Source: Opitutia bacterium
GTDB taxonomy: Bacteria > Verrucomicrobiota > Verrucomicrobiia > Opitutales > Opitutaceae
Assembly (NCBI GenBank): GCA_947478395.1
Contig: CANJVR010000003.1
Coordinates: 451,421-515,420, forward strand
Length of the DNA stretch: 64,000 nucleotides
Direction of reading: 5' to 3'
A program made the translations under genes and the position numbers. Below, one piece after another: positions 9,301 to 19,441 of the stretch; position 1 is the stretch's first letter; each line of letters starts with the position of its first letter. Under the pieces are notes generated by a model. The model ran no database searches. It saw only the letters and a list, made by a program, of their open reading frames with translations, and was not told the DNA's origin.

Positions 9301-11097
9301 CTACGGACGCAGCTCGGTGGCAAGGTCGAGTTTCTCGAAGCGCTGCCCCAGCCACCACACGCCGCAAGCGATTTCCCCGGTGAGCAGCGCGAGCGTGAGC
9401 AGGGCCGCGAAAATCACGGCGACCGGTCCGCCGACGAGCCATTGCGTGGCGAAGATCAGGATAGCCGAGCCGATCACCGCCGGCAGGAGGGCGACCAGAA
9501 TCGCGATTAATTGGCCGGCGACGAAGATGAGACGTTGCCCCATGACATCGATCCCGCCGCCGCGTTGGCGCGTCGCTTGGAACCACGCGGGGAACAGGAG
9601 GGCGGCGGCGTTGGGAATTATGAGTTGCAGGGCGCACAGAAAAGGCACCAGGAGGGCCACGCTAAAACCAGCGGACAGGCGCAAGGCGGGGGTTAACCAG
9701 GGGAGTTCAACCGCGGCGGGCTGAAGCGCGCAGAAGGCGGTGATCAACGCGAGCCACAGCAAGCCGGTGAGGATCGCGACGGGGGTCAGTAGTTGGCCTA
9801 GGAGGATCTGCCAGCCGGCGAGCGGGTACGTTTTAAGGATGTCGGAGTTCGGGAGGTCGCTGCGCAGATCCTGTCGGGCGATTTGGGGACCGAGCAGCAA
9901 CGTGTACGCGGCAAAAATCGTGGCGCCGGCGGCGATGACCACGAGGAAGGGCCTGGTTTTGTCGTAATGGGCGAGCCGCGGTACGACGATCGTGATTAAC
10001 GCCGCGCAACCGAGCCAAACCCTCCAGTGAAAGCAGGACCTGGTCGAAAGTAGGTTTTTCCAGAGGAAAGCGAGTTCCGGACGACCGGTAGATCGTAACC
10101 GGAAAGGCTCGCGGCGCGGCTTGGGTTTCTCGGCGCTCAAGGATCCGCCGCGGCGGATGCGCGCAATCCGGTCGGCCCGCTTCTCGGCGCTCGCGACCGA
10201 CGCTTCTTCGAACGACACCTCCATGCGTGAGACCCAGAAATAGTGAGCCAGAATGAGGAGCGCCGCCGGCCAAAGTGCGTGCAAAAACGTCGCGCGATCC
10301 GTGGCGAGAAACGGTCCGACCACCCACTTACCTGGGAGCAGCAGCCAGTGGAAGGCGCCGGAGTCGAGAAACTGTCCGACGTAGGCAACTGCAACGGTGA
10401 CGTCGGCGAAAGAGCCGCTGGGGCGCGGTCCGGACTCGAATATGGGCGGCATGCCGTTCCAGCTCGATAGGATGGCGGTCACCGCGACCACTCCGATCAC
10501 GCCCAGCACGGTGGCGCGCCGCCGGGCGGTGCTTACCCCGCCGTCGATCAGTCGGGTGACCGAAAGCGTGGCACCGGTGATATGCAGATTTACAGTCGTG
10601 AGAATGATCCACCATCCGAGGGCATGAATGAGCGCGCCGCCGGCCAGAAAGCTCCAGCCGCTCGAAATCAGGGTAAACAAAATGGCCGAGACGAGAATCC
10701 GGAGCTGCGCGCCGAGCATTTTAAAATGAATCAGTCGCCGTCGTGAAATCGGGGCGGGAAAAAGAAAAGCGATTTCGGCTTCAGTGAACGCCAGCCCGGG
10801 TTTTTGAGTGGGAAGGGCCCACGTAAAGGTGGCGATTAGCAACAACAGCAGGGCGCCACCGGTGGTATACAACGGCAGAAGATCGAGGGTCGGAAGGGTC
10901 ACGCCTGGCAGCCCGCGTGGCGCAGTGAGCCCGCGCCCCGGCGCAGGCGCGGAGAAACGCCGGAAGAAAGCCAGGTAGAAATACCCTGCGCCTACGATTG
11001 CGCCCACGAGATACTTGGGCTGCCGCAAACGGCGGAGCCGTGAGAGCAGCAGATTCTTGAGCGACGTGAGCCGCAGGTAGAGCAGGGCACCGAGCAT
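9301..11097 (-). CDS. Putative ABC exporter permease
   Basis: Multi-TM protein with FTEAEIAFLFPAPISRRRLI and FLWKNL motifs, directly downstream of an ABC ATPase. Confidence 0.75.
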   Translation of the reverse strand: MLGALLYLRLTSLKNLLLSRLRRLRQPKYLVGAIVGAGYFYLAFFRRFSAPAPGRGLTAPRGLPGVTLPTLDLLPLYTTGGALLLLLIATFTWALPTQKPGLAFTEAEIAFLFPAPISRRRLIHFKMLGAQLRILVSAILFTLISSGWSFLAGGALIHALGWWIILTTVNLHITGATLSVTRLIDGGVSTARRRATVLGVIGVVAVTAILSSWNGMPPIFESGPRPSGSFADVTVAVAYVGQFLDSGAFHWLLLPGKWVVGPFLATDRATFLHALWPAALLILAHYFWVSRMEVSFEEASVASAEKRADRIARIRRGGSLSAEKPKPRREPFRLRSTGRPELAFLWKNLLSTRSCFHWRVWLGCAALITIVVPRLAHYDKTRPFLVVIAAGATIFAAYTLLLGPQIARQDLRSDLPNSDILKTYPLAGWQILLGQLLTPVAILTGLLWLALITAFCALQPAAVELPWLTPALRLSAGFSVALLVPFLCALQLIIPNAAALLFPAWFQATRQRGGGIDVMGQRLIFVAGQLIAILVALLPAVIGSAILIFATQWLVGGPVAVIFAALLTLALLTGEIACGVWWLGQRFEKLDLATELRP

Positions 11098-11120
11098 GGG
11101 GATCGCGTCTCGCTTCGCCT

Positions 11121-11852
11121 TTAATTCTCTGTGCCACCGGTGGCGCGGAGGAAGATTTCCTCAAGACTGACATTCGTTTCACCCAGCGCAAACTGGCTCG
11201 AAATATCCGGAATCGAACCGTGAGCGATTTTCTCGCCTTGCTTCAGGATGAGCACGTGGGAGCAAACCTCTTCCAATAAGTGGAGCAGATGGGAGCTGAG
11301 CACGATGGCGGCGCCGTCGCGGGCGCGCCGCAGGATGGAATCTTTCATGCGCCGAATGCCGAGAGGGTCGAGGCCGGTGAGCGGCTCGTCGAAAAACATC
11401 ACGCGCGGGCCGTGCAGGAGGCCACAGGCGATCGCGAGTTTTTGCTTCATGCCCCGGGATAACTCACCGGGCAGCTGGTCGGCTTTGTCCGCGATCTCCA
11501 GTTCGACCAGTAAGGGTTCGGCGATGCGCTGATGATCGTCGATGCCGTAGATGCGCGCGACGAAAGCGAGATGCTGGCGAACCGTGAGATAGTCGAAAAG
11601 CCGCGGCTCGTCGGGGAAGAAAGCGAGCTGGCGTTTGGCGGCCACCGGATCGGCAGTCACGTCGTGACCGGCGATTCGAACTTGCCCTGTACTTGCCGCG
11701 ATGATGCCGGAAAGGCAGCGCAGTGTGCTGGTTTTGCCGGCGCCGTTGGGCCCGACGAGACCGAGCACTTCGCCGGCTTGGACGGTAAACGAGAGGTCAC
11801 GCACGGCCGTGAAATCTCCGTAACGTTTTGTGAGCGCCGCGACTTCGATCAT
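11121..11852 (-). CDS. ABC transporter ATP-binding protein
   Basis: Walker A GPNGAGKT, signature LSRGMKQK, Walker B FFDEP, SSH switch. Confidence 0.95.
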   Translation of the reverse strand: MIEVAALTKRYGDFTAVRDLSFTVQAGEVLGLVGPNGAGKTSTLRCLSGIIAASTGQVRIAGHDVTADPVAAKRQLAFFPDEPRLFDYLTVRQHLAFVARIYGIDDHQRIAEPLLVELEIADKADQLPGELSRGMKQKLAIACGLLHGPRVMFFDEPLTGLDPLGIRRMKDSILRRARDGAAIVLSSHLLHLLEEVCSHVLILKQGEKIAHGSIPDISSQFALGETNVSLEEIFLRATGGTEN

Positions 11853-12030
11853 GGGTGACGACGCTGCGGCGAATTTTTTCGCGCGGCAAGCGCGGCGCCG
11901 TTTTCGTCGAGCCCACCCGAAAAGATCGCGGACCTTGGCGGCGGATATATTTCGTAACCGCTCCGGTAACCTGGCGTCTCCCGGCAACCCGACGCCGGTC
12001 CTGCCCATGTTAACCCACAAAATTAATCCT

Positions 12031-12480
12031 GTGAAAATCACGCTCAAACTCGCTCTCGCCACCCTCGCAGCCGCTTTGGCGGCCGCGCCTTTTGTTCGCG
12101 CCCAAGATGATACCGCCGCTGTGCCGGTTGCCCCCTCGACGGCCGCGGCCGGAAAGGGTGCGAAAGGCGTCAAGGGAGCCAAAGGAGCCAACAAAGGAGC
12201 GCGCGATCAAGTGGCGCAACGGGACACCATGCTCGCGGAAAAGCTTAATCTTACCGACCCCCAAAAACAGCAGCTGGCCGATCTGCGGGCCAAGCAGGCC
12301 GAGGAACTCAAGGCGGCGAAAGGCGATCGCGCCAAAATGGCGAGTTTAGCAAAGAGTGCTCCCGATCAGGTTCGGGCGCTGCTGACGCCCGAACAACAGA
12401 AGCTGTTTGATGCGATCAAACCGGAAGGTAGCCCCGGCAAGGCCGGCGCCCCCAAAGCTAAGAAGGCGGGGAAATTATAG
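12031..12480 (+). CDS. Periplasmic Spy/CpxP-like (LTxxQ motif) protein
   Basis: Signal peptide; LNLTDPQKQQL and LLTPEQQK motifs. Alternative ATG at 12007. Confidence 0.7.
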   Translation: MKITLKLALATLAAALAAAPFVRAQDDTAAVPVAPSTAAAGKGAKGVKGAKGANKGARDQVAQRDTMLAEKLNLTDPQKQQLADLRAKQAEELKAAKGDRAKMASLAKSAPDQVRALLTPEQQKLFDAIKPEGSPGKAGAPKAKKAGKL

Positions 12481-12504
12481 CTTATCTTTGTTGGTGTCAG
12501 CCCG

Positions 12505-12540
12505 CGCCGCGGCGGCAGGCAGCCTGCGGCGGCTTTTTTG
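12505..12540 (+). terminator. Probable intrinsic terminator
   Basis: GC-rich imperfect stem (gcagg-cag-cctgc core) followed by TTTTTT, 25 nt after the stop. Confidence 0.5.
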
Positions 12541-12650
12541 CCCCTGCTTAAATGCTTGAAACTAATTCCCAAATATGTCGTCTGTCTGCCGGTCCTGACT
12601 TCGTTGGGACAAGTTCCCCGGATTCAATTCCAACCCGTACCCACATCATC

Positions 12651-13061
12651 ATGAAACTGTCACCCAAGTCCATTATCATGGCTCTGGCCCTCGGCCTTGC
12701 CATCGTTCCCGCGATTTCGTTCGCCCAACCCCCCGCTGGCGGCGCCCCTGGTGGTCCCGGTGGCGGTGGTGGTCGTCGCGGCGGTCAAACGCCTGAGGCC
12801 CGCGTCGCCCAAATCGACGAGGCAGTTAAGCTCACGGCTGATCAGAAGACCAAGATCACCGCGATTCTGACGAAGGCTGCTGCTGATCAGCAGGCGATGG
12901 CGCCGGAAGATCGTCGCGGCCCGAAGGCTCAGGAAGCCCGCACGGCGACCAACAAGGAAATCCGCGCGCTGCTCACGGCTGAGCAGCAGCCGAAGTTCGA
13001 CGCGATCCCGGCTCCGGCTGGCCGCGGCGCTGGCGGCGGTGGCGCTCGTCCCCCACAATAA
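12651..13061 (+). CDS. Periplasmic Spy/CpxP-like (LTxxQ motif) protein with Gly-rich linker
   Basis: Signal peptide; KLTADQKTKI and LLTAEQQPKF motifs. Confidence 0.72.
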   Translation: MKLSPKSIIMALALGLAIVPAISFAQPPAGGAPGGPGGGGGRRGGQTPEARVAQIDEAVKLTADQKTKITAILTKAAADQQAMAPEDRRGPKAQEARTATNKEIRALLTAEQQPKFDAIPAPAGRGAGGGGARPPQ

Positions 13062-13087
13062 TCGCTTAGCGATTTAGTTTTTTACGC

Positions 13088-13122
13088 ACGCCGCAGGCTT
13101 TGGCCTGCGGCGTTTTTATTTT
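13088..13122 (+). terminator. Intrinsic terminator
   Basis: ACGCCGCAGG-ctttgg-CCTGCGGCGT 10-bp stem followed by a T-rich tract. Confidence 0.8.
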
Positions 13123-13158
13123 TCGACTCCGGCGAGGCCGCGTCCCAGCGTGCGCCGG

Positions 13159-14448
13159 ATGGCTGCGAAAAAAAACATCGTGATTGCCGGCGGCGGGGCG
13201 GCCGGTTTTTTCGCGGCCATTGCCTGCGCTGAACAATATGGGGGTGCGGGGGAGAATTGTTCCGGTGCCCAGGTTACGATTTATGAGGCCACGGCCCACG
13301 TACTCGCCAAAGTTCGGGTGTCCGGCGGCGGTCGCTGCAACGTTACGCATGCGTGTTTCGAGCCGCGCGAACTCGTCAAAAAATACCCGCGGGGCGAGCG
13401 CGAGTTGCTCGGAGCGTTTTCACGCTTCCAGCCGCGCGATACCGTGGCGTGGTTCGAAGCGCGCGGGGTGCTGCTCAAAACCGAGGCCGATGGCCGCATG
13501 TTTCCGGTCACGGACGATTCCGCGACCGTGATGGAGTGCTTGCAGCGGGCGGCGATGCAGGCCGGGGTGCGCGTGATAAAGGGCGTCGGACTGCGCCGGG
13601 TGGAGCGCGTTGTTTCCATGGCCTCGGGTGAGCCGCTGGAAACGGATCGCCCGAGCTTTGCAGTAGAGCTGACGACCGGGGAAATCATCTCGGCCGATCG
13701 CGTGCTGCTGGCGACGGGGGGCAACAAATCTTCGGCCGGGCTCGCCGTCGCTCAAGCGCTGGGCCACGTGATCGAACCGCCCGTGCCGTCGCTGTTCACA
13801 TTTAATATCGAGCGCGACGCGCGGTTGATGGATCTGGCGGGAGTCGCGGTCGAGCGCGTGGAGACATCGGTGCAAGGGACAAAATTGCGAGCGGAAGGCC
13901 CGCTGTTGGTCACGCATTGGGGACTCAGCGGTCCGGCGATCTTAAAACTTTCGGCGTGGGGGGCGCGGGAACTCGCCGCGATGGATTACGCGTTTACGCT
14001 GACCGTAAATTTCGCCCCGCCGCACACGCCGGAAACGTTTGCCCGCGAATTGGCCGGGGTGCGCACGAAGAATTTAAGGAAGCAAATCACAACGTGGAGT
14101 CCCATCCCGGGCGTTCCGCAGCGATTCTGGGAGCGTCTCGTGGCGTCGGCGGGAATCGCCCCGACAACCCCGTGGACGATGGCGGGCAACGCCGCGTTGA
14201 AGGCGCTGGCAGCCCAAGTCTGCGCGGCGGAATTTGCGGTGAGCGGAAAGAGCACCAACAAGGAGGAATTCGTGACCTGCGGCGGCGTGCGGTTGCGCGA
14301 GGTTAATTTCAAAACCATGGAGAGCCGTATTTGTCCGGGTTTGTATTTTGCGGGCGAGGTGCTCGACATCGACGGCATCACGGGTGGATTCAATTTCCAG
14401 TCAGCGTGGACCACCGGCTGGCTGGCGGGCCGGGCCATGGCGGAGTAA
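13159..14448 (+). CDS. HI0933/BaiN/YhiN family flavoprotein (NAD(P)/FAD-dependent oxidoreductase)
   Basis: GGGAAG, KVRVSGGGRCNVTH, GRMFP, THWGLSGP, FVTCGGV, GEVLDIDGITGGFNFQSAW. Confidence 0.93.
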   Translation: MAAKKNIVIAGGGAAGFFAAIACAEQYGGAGENCSGAQVTIYEATAHVLAKVRVSGGGRCNVTHACFEPRELVKKYPRGERELLGAFSRFQPRDTVAWFEARGVLLKTEADGRMFPVTDDSATVMECLQRAAMQAGVRVIKGVGLRRVERVVSMASGEPLETDRPSFAVELTTGEIISADRVLLATGGNKSSAGLAVAQALGHVIEPPVPSLFTFNIERDARLMDLAGVAVERVETSVQGTKLRAEGPLLVTHWGLSGPAILKLSAWGARELAAMDYAFTLTVNFAPPHTPETFARELAGVRTKNLRKQITTWSPIPGVPQRFWERLVASAGIAPTTPWTMAGNAALKALAAQVCAAEFAVSGKSTNKEEFVTCGGVRLREVNFKTMESRICPGLYFAGEVLDIDGITGGFNFQSAWTTGWLAGRAMAE

Positions 14449-14506
14449 GTCGGGGCGAGCGCTTTCCGGCGTGACCTGCGTCGCCGTCGCTGCAAGGTGA
14501 CCCACG

Positions 14507-15457
14507 ATGCCCACGTACTGGCAACTTTTGCTACTGATTCTGCCGGTCTTTGCGTTGATCGCGGTGGGCGCGGCGATCCGTCGGGCGCATTGGATCGAGG
14601 GGGAGGCGGAGACGAGTCTGATCCGTTTGGTCGTGAACCTTTGTTTCCCGTGCCTGGTGTTCGAGTCGGTGGTGGGGAATGCGGCGTTGCGCAATCCGGC
14701 TAACGTCCTGTTGCCGCCGTTGGTGGGCTTCGCCCTCACCGCGGTGACGCTTAAGCTATCCATGTATGGAGCGCGCGCGGTCGGATTGACGGTTGGGCAT
14801 GGTCAGCGGACCTTCGCGGTGACTACGGGCGTGGCCAATTACGGTTACCTGCCGTTGCCGATCATGGCGGCAATCTGGGGGCGCGAGTCGCAGGGTGTGC
14901 TACTCGTGCATAACGTCGGGGTGGAAGCGGCGGTTTGGACCGTCGGCGTGTTGATCTTAAACGGTCTCTCGGTGCGGGAAGGCTGGCGCAAGCTCCTCAA
15001 TCCCGTGGTGATCACGCTCGTGGGCGCGATGCTGGTGAATCTTTCCGGCGCGGTGCGGTTTGTGCCCGAGATCGTGATGAACACCGTGCATGCGCTGGCG
15101 ATCTGTGCGATTCCGATCGGGCTCGTGATGATCGGCGTCAGTCTCGCGAATTATCTCGGCGATGTGCGGGCGTTGATCAGCCCCAAGGTGGTGGCGAGTG
15201 CGAGCCTGCTCCGGCTGGCAATTTTCCCGGTGCTGATTTTGGGCGTGGCGAAGTGGCTCCCGTGTCCGATCGAATTGAAGCGGGTGCTCGTGATCCAAGC
15301 CGCGATGCCCACCGGCGTTTTCACCATCGTGCTCGCGCGGCACTACGGCGGCCAGCCGTTGACCGCGGTCCAAATCGTGATGGGCACGACGTTGTTCGGA
15401 TTGGCGACGATTCCTCTCTGGATTCGACTGGGCCTCGCGTGGGTGGGCGTACAGTAG
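14507..15457 (+). CDS. AEC family membrane transporter (second paralog)
   Basis: LPVFALIAVG, FPCLVF, NYGYLPLPI, QAAMP motifs; about 10 TMs. Confidence 0.85.
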   Translation: MPTYWQLLLLILPVFALIAVGAAIRRAHWIEGEAETSLIRLVVNLCFPCLVFESVVGNAALRNPANVLLPPLVGFALTAVTLKLSMYGARAVGLTVGHGQRTFAVTTGVANYGYLPLPIMAAIWGRESQGVLLVHNVGVEAAVWTVGVLILNGLSVREGWRKLLNPVVITLVGAMLVNLSGAVRFVPEIVMNTVHALAICAIPIGLVMIGVSLANYLGDVRALISPKVVASASLLRLAIFPVLILGVAKWLPCPIELKRVLVIQAAMPTGVFTIVLARHYGGQPLTAVQIVMGTTLFGLATIPLWIRLGLAWVGVQ

Positions 15458-15476
15458 GCCGGCGCCGCTGGCCTAC
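15454..15476. repeat. GTAG-type palindromic hairpin between convergent genes
   Basis: GTAGGCC-ggcgccgct-GGCCTAC inverted repeat. Confidence 0.45.
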
Positions 15477-15510
15477 GGCCGGACGGCCGGAGGGCGACTC
15501 AAATAGCCAC

Positions 15511-16866
15511 TCAGTTGGCTTTGGGATGTTTGGCGATTTCGACCGCGTAGGTGTGGGTCGTCGCACGACGGCCAGGGCCAGGATTCGAGTGAAAATTACC
15601 ACTGAAGATGATCCACTTTCCGTCGGGCGTGAACGTCAGGTTCGGCTCGACGCCGGTTTCCTTGCTGTAGTTGTGATTCGACATGTCGACGAGTCGCTCC
15701 GACTTGAAGTAGCCGACGTCGATCAGGTCCTTTTTTTCTCGGAATGAGCTGCCGGAAGTCATGACGGGACGGAAAAGATAAATCCACTGGCCCTGCCCCT
15801 GGATGTCTTCGCGATCCATCGTGCGTGCAGCGACGCTGGTCGGGCCCCCGCCGTCGCCCGCCATGAGTTTTCCGTCGCGCGAGACGTTGTAGTGCACGGA
15901 CCACTCGTCGCGTTGTAAATTATACCAGGTGCGGTGGCCGGTGGAGAGGTCGACGTTCGCCAGCCAGAAGACTCCGCTCATCGGCGTCTGCAAATCGTAC
16001 CACACGGATTTGCCGTCCTGGCCGAAAAATTCATGGCCTTCGATTTCCATGTTCATGGTCCGCTCGTGCAGCAGGCGCGCGGGTCCGCCATCCGCGCGAA
16101 TGGTCCAGGTGCGGTCGTTGTAGTGCCAGGGCCCTTCGTGACAGAAAAGAATTTGCTGCGGATCGGTCGGAGAGCATTGCAGATGATTCGTCCAGTCGTT
16201 CTCGCGGTGGATGACTTTGAACTCACCGGTCTTGGTGTTGAGCGTGTAGATCATCTTCGGCGTACCAGCCGCCCACTGCGGCTCGAGGCTGCCTTGGCGC
16301 GGGGGAGCCAGCACGCCGCCGGGCGGTAAACGCGGCGTGGTCTTGCCGTCGGGGTCCGGCGCGATGCCGACCAACAAAGTTTCGTCGCAGTTCAGGGCAT
16401 ACGCGCCGCTGCGCGCTTGAGGCGGTAGCTTGATGACTTCGCGCACGGCCTTCGTGTCGAGGTTCACGGCCTTCATCGCTCCGGCTTCGCGGTCGACGTA
16501 ATACGCTTCACGTGTGCGCCACGCGGTCGCGATGGGCGCGGCGTCGGCCAGGATCAGTTCTCCTTTGGGTGCGGTCGTCCCTAATTTGGAAATGTCGACG
16601 GTGTAGATGCCGCCCGCGCCGCGCAGCACGACTTTATCGCCTTCGGGCGTATAACCGTGTTGGTGAAAATAGAGACTGGAGCCGCCCGTGTCGGGCGAGA
16701 GGCGGATGATGCGGTGGCCGGTTTTGGGATCGATCCAGTCGGCGGCCGGCCCGGCGTTCTCGGCTGGCCGGGCGGCATTTCGTGGCGCGACTGGCTCGGC
16801 GGCGAAGGTGTGCAACGTGAGGGCGGCGAATAGCGGAAGTGCAAAACGCGGAGAAATCATGGACAT
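15511..16866 (-). CDS. Oligogalacturonate lyase family (PL22-like beta-propeller), secreted
   Basis: DPKTGHRIIRL, LYFHQ, WTNHLQCSP, FCHEGPW, HEFF, FTPDGKWIIF match the Ogl pattern; N-terminal signal peptide. Confidence 0.85.
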   Translation of the reverse strand: MSMISPRFALPLFAALTLHTFAAEPVAPRNAARPAENAGPAADWIDPKTGHRIIRLSPDTGGSSLYFHQHGYTPEGDKVVLRGAGGIYTVDISKLGTTAPKGELILADAAPIATAWRTREAYYVDREAGAMKAVNLDTKAVREVIKLPPQARSGAYALNCDETLLVGIAPDPDGKTTPRLPPGGVLAPPRQGSLEPQWAAGTPKMIYTLNTKTGEFKVIHRENDWTNHLQCSPTDPQQILFCHEGPWHYNDRTWTIRADGGPARLLHERTMNMEIEGHEFFGQDGKSVWYDLQTPMSGVFWLANVDLSTGHRTWYNLQRDEWSVHYNVSRDGKLMAGDGGGPTSVAARTMDREDIQGQGQWIYLFRPVMTSGSSFREKKDLIDVGYFKSERLVDMSNHNYSKETGVEPNLTFTPDGKWIIFSGNFHSNPGPGRRATTHTYAVEIAKHPKAN

Positions 16867-16932
16867 GTGAGGTGGGTTTAAGCGGGCGATGAAGGTGAAG
16901 GGGCGGATGCGGAACGAAGCTTGAAATCGAAC

Positions 16933-19098
16933 TCAGGCGCCGAAGCTCAGCAGGAGGTGCAGAAAGCCCACGACCGAGCAGGCCACCAGGATGCACGCGG
17001 CAAAACCGATCGCGTCGGTCCGGGTCCAGCGGAAAAATTCGAAGTTGGTTTTGGGAAACAGCAGGAGCGCGCGCGTCGTTTCCGGCTCGGCGTAAGCGGC
17101 GGCCAAGGCGCTTTCGTCATCCGGGCGGTTGGCCTGCACCCGCGTCCGCATGCGCAGGAAAAACTGGCGCACCCGCTCCGAGTTGTCCTCGGGTGTGCAG
17201 CGTGAAACGATCATCAGCACTAAAAATGGCAGCAGAATTTTATAGATGTAACGGATCGTTTCGTTGAGCGCGTAGGGATTGGCGGATAGATCGAAAACGT
17301 GATCGAGCGCCCACATCTCGATCAAAAAAAATCCGCGGCCGCTCGACTGGCCGTCGACGATGGCGAAGCCCTGCGACCAATAGATCGAGCGGGGTGGCAT
17401 CACGATGTCGCGGCGCACCGACTCGCCGGCGACCAACGCCGCGGGGGGTTGATTCCTGGGATCGCGCCAGTTTTTTATCTGGCGCGCCCGGTCCTCCACG
17501 TCACGTGAAGTCGCGGGGAGCACCTGCGAAACGCGGCGCTCGTTCGTGGCGCGCTGGAGGCTCGGAGCGGTGCGCAATTGCGGAAACACGCTCGGCAGTC
17601 CCGCGGGCAAAATAATGAACAGGAGCAGCGCGGTGCTGATCGACGCCCAAGCGCCGGGGCGGTTCGCCCGTCGCCATTTCAGGCCGCACCAGAACGAAGC
17701 GGCCATCACGGCGTTGAACTCCCAAAGGAACTTCAGCATGTCGAGGACGGTGCTGAATGCCGTGCAGAGCAGCGCCGCGACGATGAGGAAAAGCGCGCCG
17801 CTCATCCGCCCGACCTTGATGTAGTGGGCATCGCTGCGATTGGGGAAAAGGGGGGCGTAGACGTTTCTCGTTAGCAGGGCCGAGGACGACAGCATCAGGG
17901 TGCTGGCGGACGCCTGCAGTGCGGCGAGGAGACAGGCGATCATCAGCCCGACCAAACCAACCCCCAGTCCGTCGAGTAAATCCCGGGCGGCAACCCCCCA
18001 AATCAAATCGGAGTTCTGGATTTCACGGCCATAAAGGGCGAAACACAGCAACGCCACGAAGCCCCAGATCACCGTGAGAAAACGCTTGATGAACGTGCCC
18101 GTGGTGAAGCCAACGGCCGCCGTCATTTCGTCGCGGGCCGAGGCGTTGGCCGTAAGTTGATTGGCCTGCACCGCGACGTTGAGCGTCGCCATGATGGAAA
18201 GGATGAAAATGAAATACCAAGTGAACTCAGCGCTCTGCGCCGAACCGAACGGCGAGAAAAAATAGCCCGGCAATTCCTCGTGCAAAATTTTACCGATGGC
18301 GCCCACGCCGTGCGTGCCGTGCTGGAGGTTGAGCTTCGCGACGGCGAAGGGGATCAGCAAAAACGAAAGGACCACGATCATCACGCTCTGGAGCGAGTCG
18401 GACCACGCCGCGCCCTCGAGTCCGCCCAGCAGGGCGTAGATCAGGATGATGCCCACGATCGCCCACGTGAGGATAAGGTCGTCGAACGAGGAAAATTCGC
18501 GGCGCGGATGTTCGCGTTGCAATACCGTCAGCTCCGAACGCTCCGTGTCCGGCAACACGGTGGCGGTGCTTTTGGCGGTGAGTTCCTGGAGGCGCGCCGC
18601 GCGTTGAAACTCCGCCTGCTCGGCCGGGGTGAAGGAGGCCTCGGTCTTGAGCGTGATACCCAGTACGGTGACGCCGACCGCCTTAAGGCTGACGGCGATG
18701 ATCATCACCATGTAAAAACTCGCGGTCGCGGAGTACAGCGTGGCCATGCGCCTCGAGCCGTAACGGTGATGGAAGAAATCGCCCAGCGTCAGCATCCGCA
18801 TGCGTCGATACCAGCGGGCGGTGAACCAATACAGCGGCGTGGCCCAGAGCAGCAGCAGCTGGCTCCAGGTGCCGCCGGCGCCGTCGCGATAGGTCGCAGT
18901 CACCGTTCCCACGACATTCTCGGAACTCGTGGCTTGGCCGAAAGACGTCAGGACCTGCAGCACCTTGCCGAACCGCCGACCGCCGAGGAAGAAATCTTCC
19001 TGGTTCTTGATCCGGTGCATCGCGGTGAAGCCGAGTACGATCAGCACCGTGAAATAGAGTGCGATGATCGCCAGATCGAGGGGGGAAATTCCAGACAT
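16933..19098 (-). CDS. Sodium:solute symporter (SSS) family transporter
   Basis: LDLAIIALYF, EDFFLGGRRFG, DFFHHRYGS, YALLGGLEGAAWSDSLQ, GLVGLMIACLLAA. Confidence 0.9.
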   Translation of the reverse strand: MSGISPLDLAIIALYFTVLIVLGFTAMHRIKNQEDFFLGGRRFGKVLQVLTSFGQATSSENVVGTVTATYRDGAGGTWSQLLLLWATPLYWFTARWYRRMRMLTLGDFFHHRYGSRRMATLYSATASFYMVMIIAVSLKAVGVTVLGITLKTEASFTPAEQAEFQRAARLQELTAKSTATVLPDTERSELTVLQREHPRREFSSFDDLILTWAIVGIILIYALLGGLEGAAWSDSLQSVMIVVLSFLLIPFAVAKLNLQHGTHGVGAIGKILHEELPGYFFSPFGSAQSAEFTWYFIFILSIMATLNVAVQANQLTANASARDEMTAAVGFTTGTFIKRFLTVIWGFVALLCFALYGREIQNSDLIWGVAARDLLDGLGVGLVGLMIACLLAALQASASTLMLSSSALLTRNVYAPLFPNRSDAHYIKVGRMSGALFLIVAALLCTAFSTVLDMLKFLWEFNAVMAASFWCGLKWRRANRPGAWASISTALLLFIILPAGLPSVFPQLRTAPSLQRATNERRVSQVLPATSRDVEDRARQIKNWRDPRNQPPAALVAGESVRRDIVMPPRSIYWSQGFAIVDGQSSGRGFFLIEMWALDHVFDLSANPYALNETIRYIYKILLPFLVLMIVSRCTPEDNSERVRQFFLRMRTRVQANRPDDESALAAAYAEPETTRALLLFPKTNFEFFRWTRTDAIGFAACILVACSVVGFLHLLLSFGA

Positions 19099-19441
19099 GG
19101 ACGCAGGGGTGGGGACGAGCAAAAGACAGCCAAAAAGAAGGGAGGCCGGCCGGGATCCGGAGCGCAGATTGCGCGCCGGCGGGGCGAAAAAGGGTAGGCG
19201 CTTTTTGTGCAGAACCGGTGCAAACGCCGCGATCCCAAACGCCCGACGCCGTCGCGGCGATTTTCCGGACGGTCTGGAGTTCGGGAGATGGCGGCGGCGG
19301 GCCCGTGCTAAAATGTCCACCGCACCGCGCGTTGATTTCCCTGAAAAACATGTCCTGCCTTCGCCGCCGCTGCGTGCTTTCCCCGGATAACCGCAGGTCT
19401 ATTGCTCGCGGTCGCACGGCTTTCGGGCGCGCGAAAAAATC

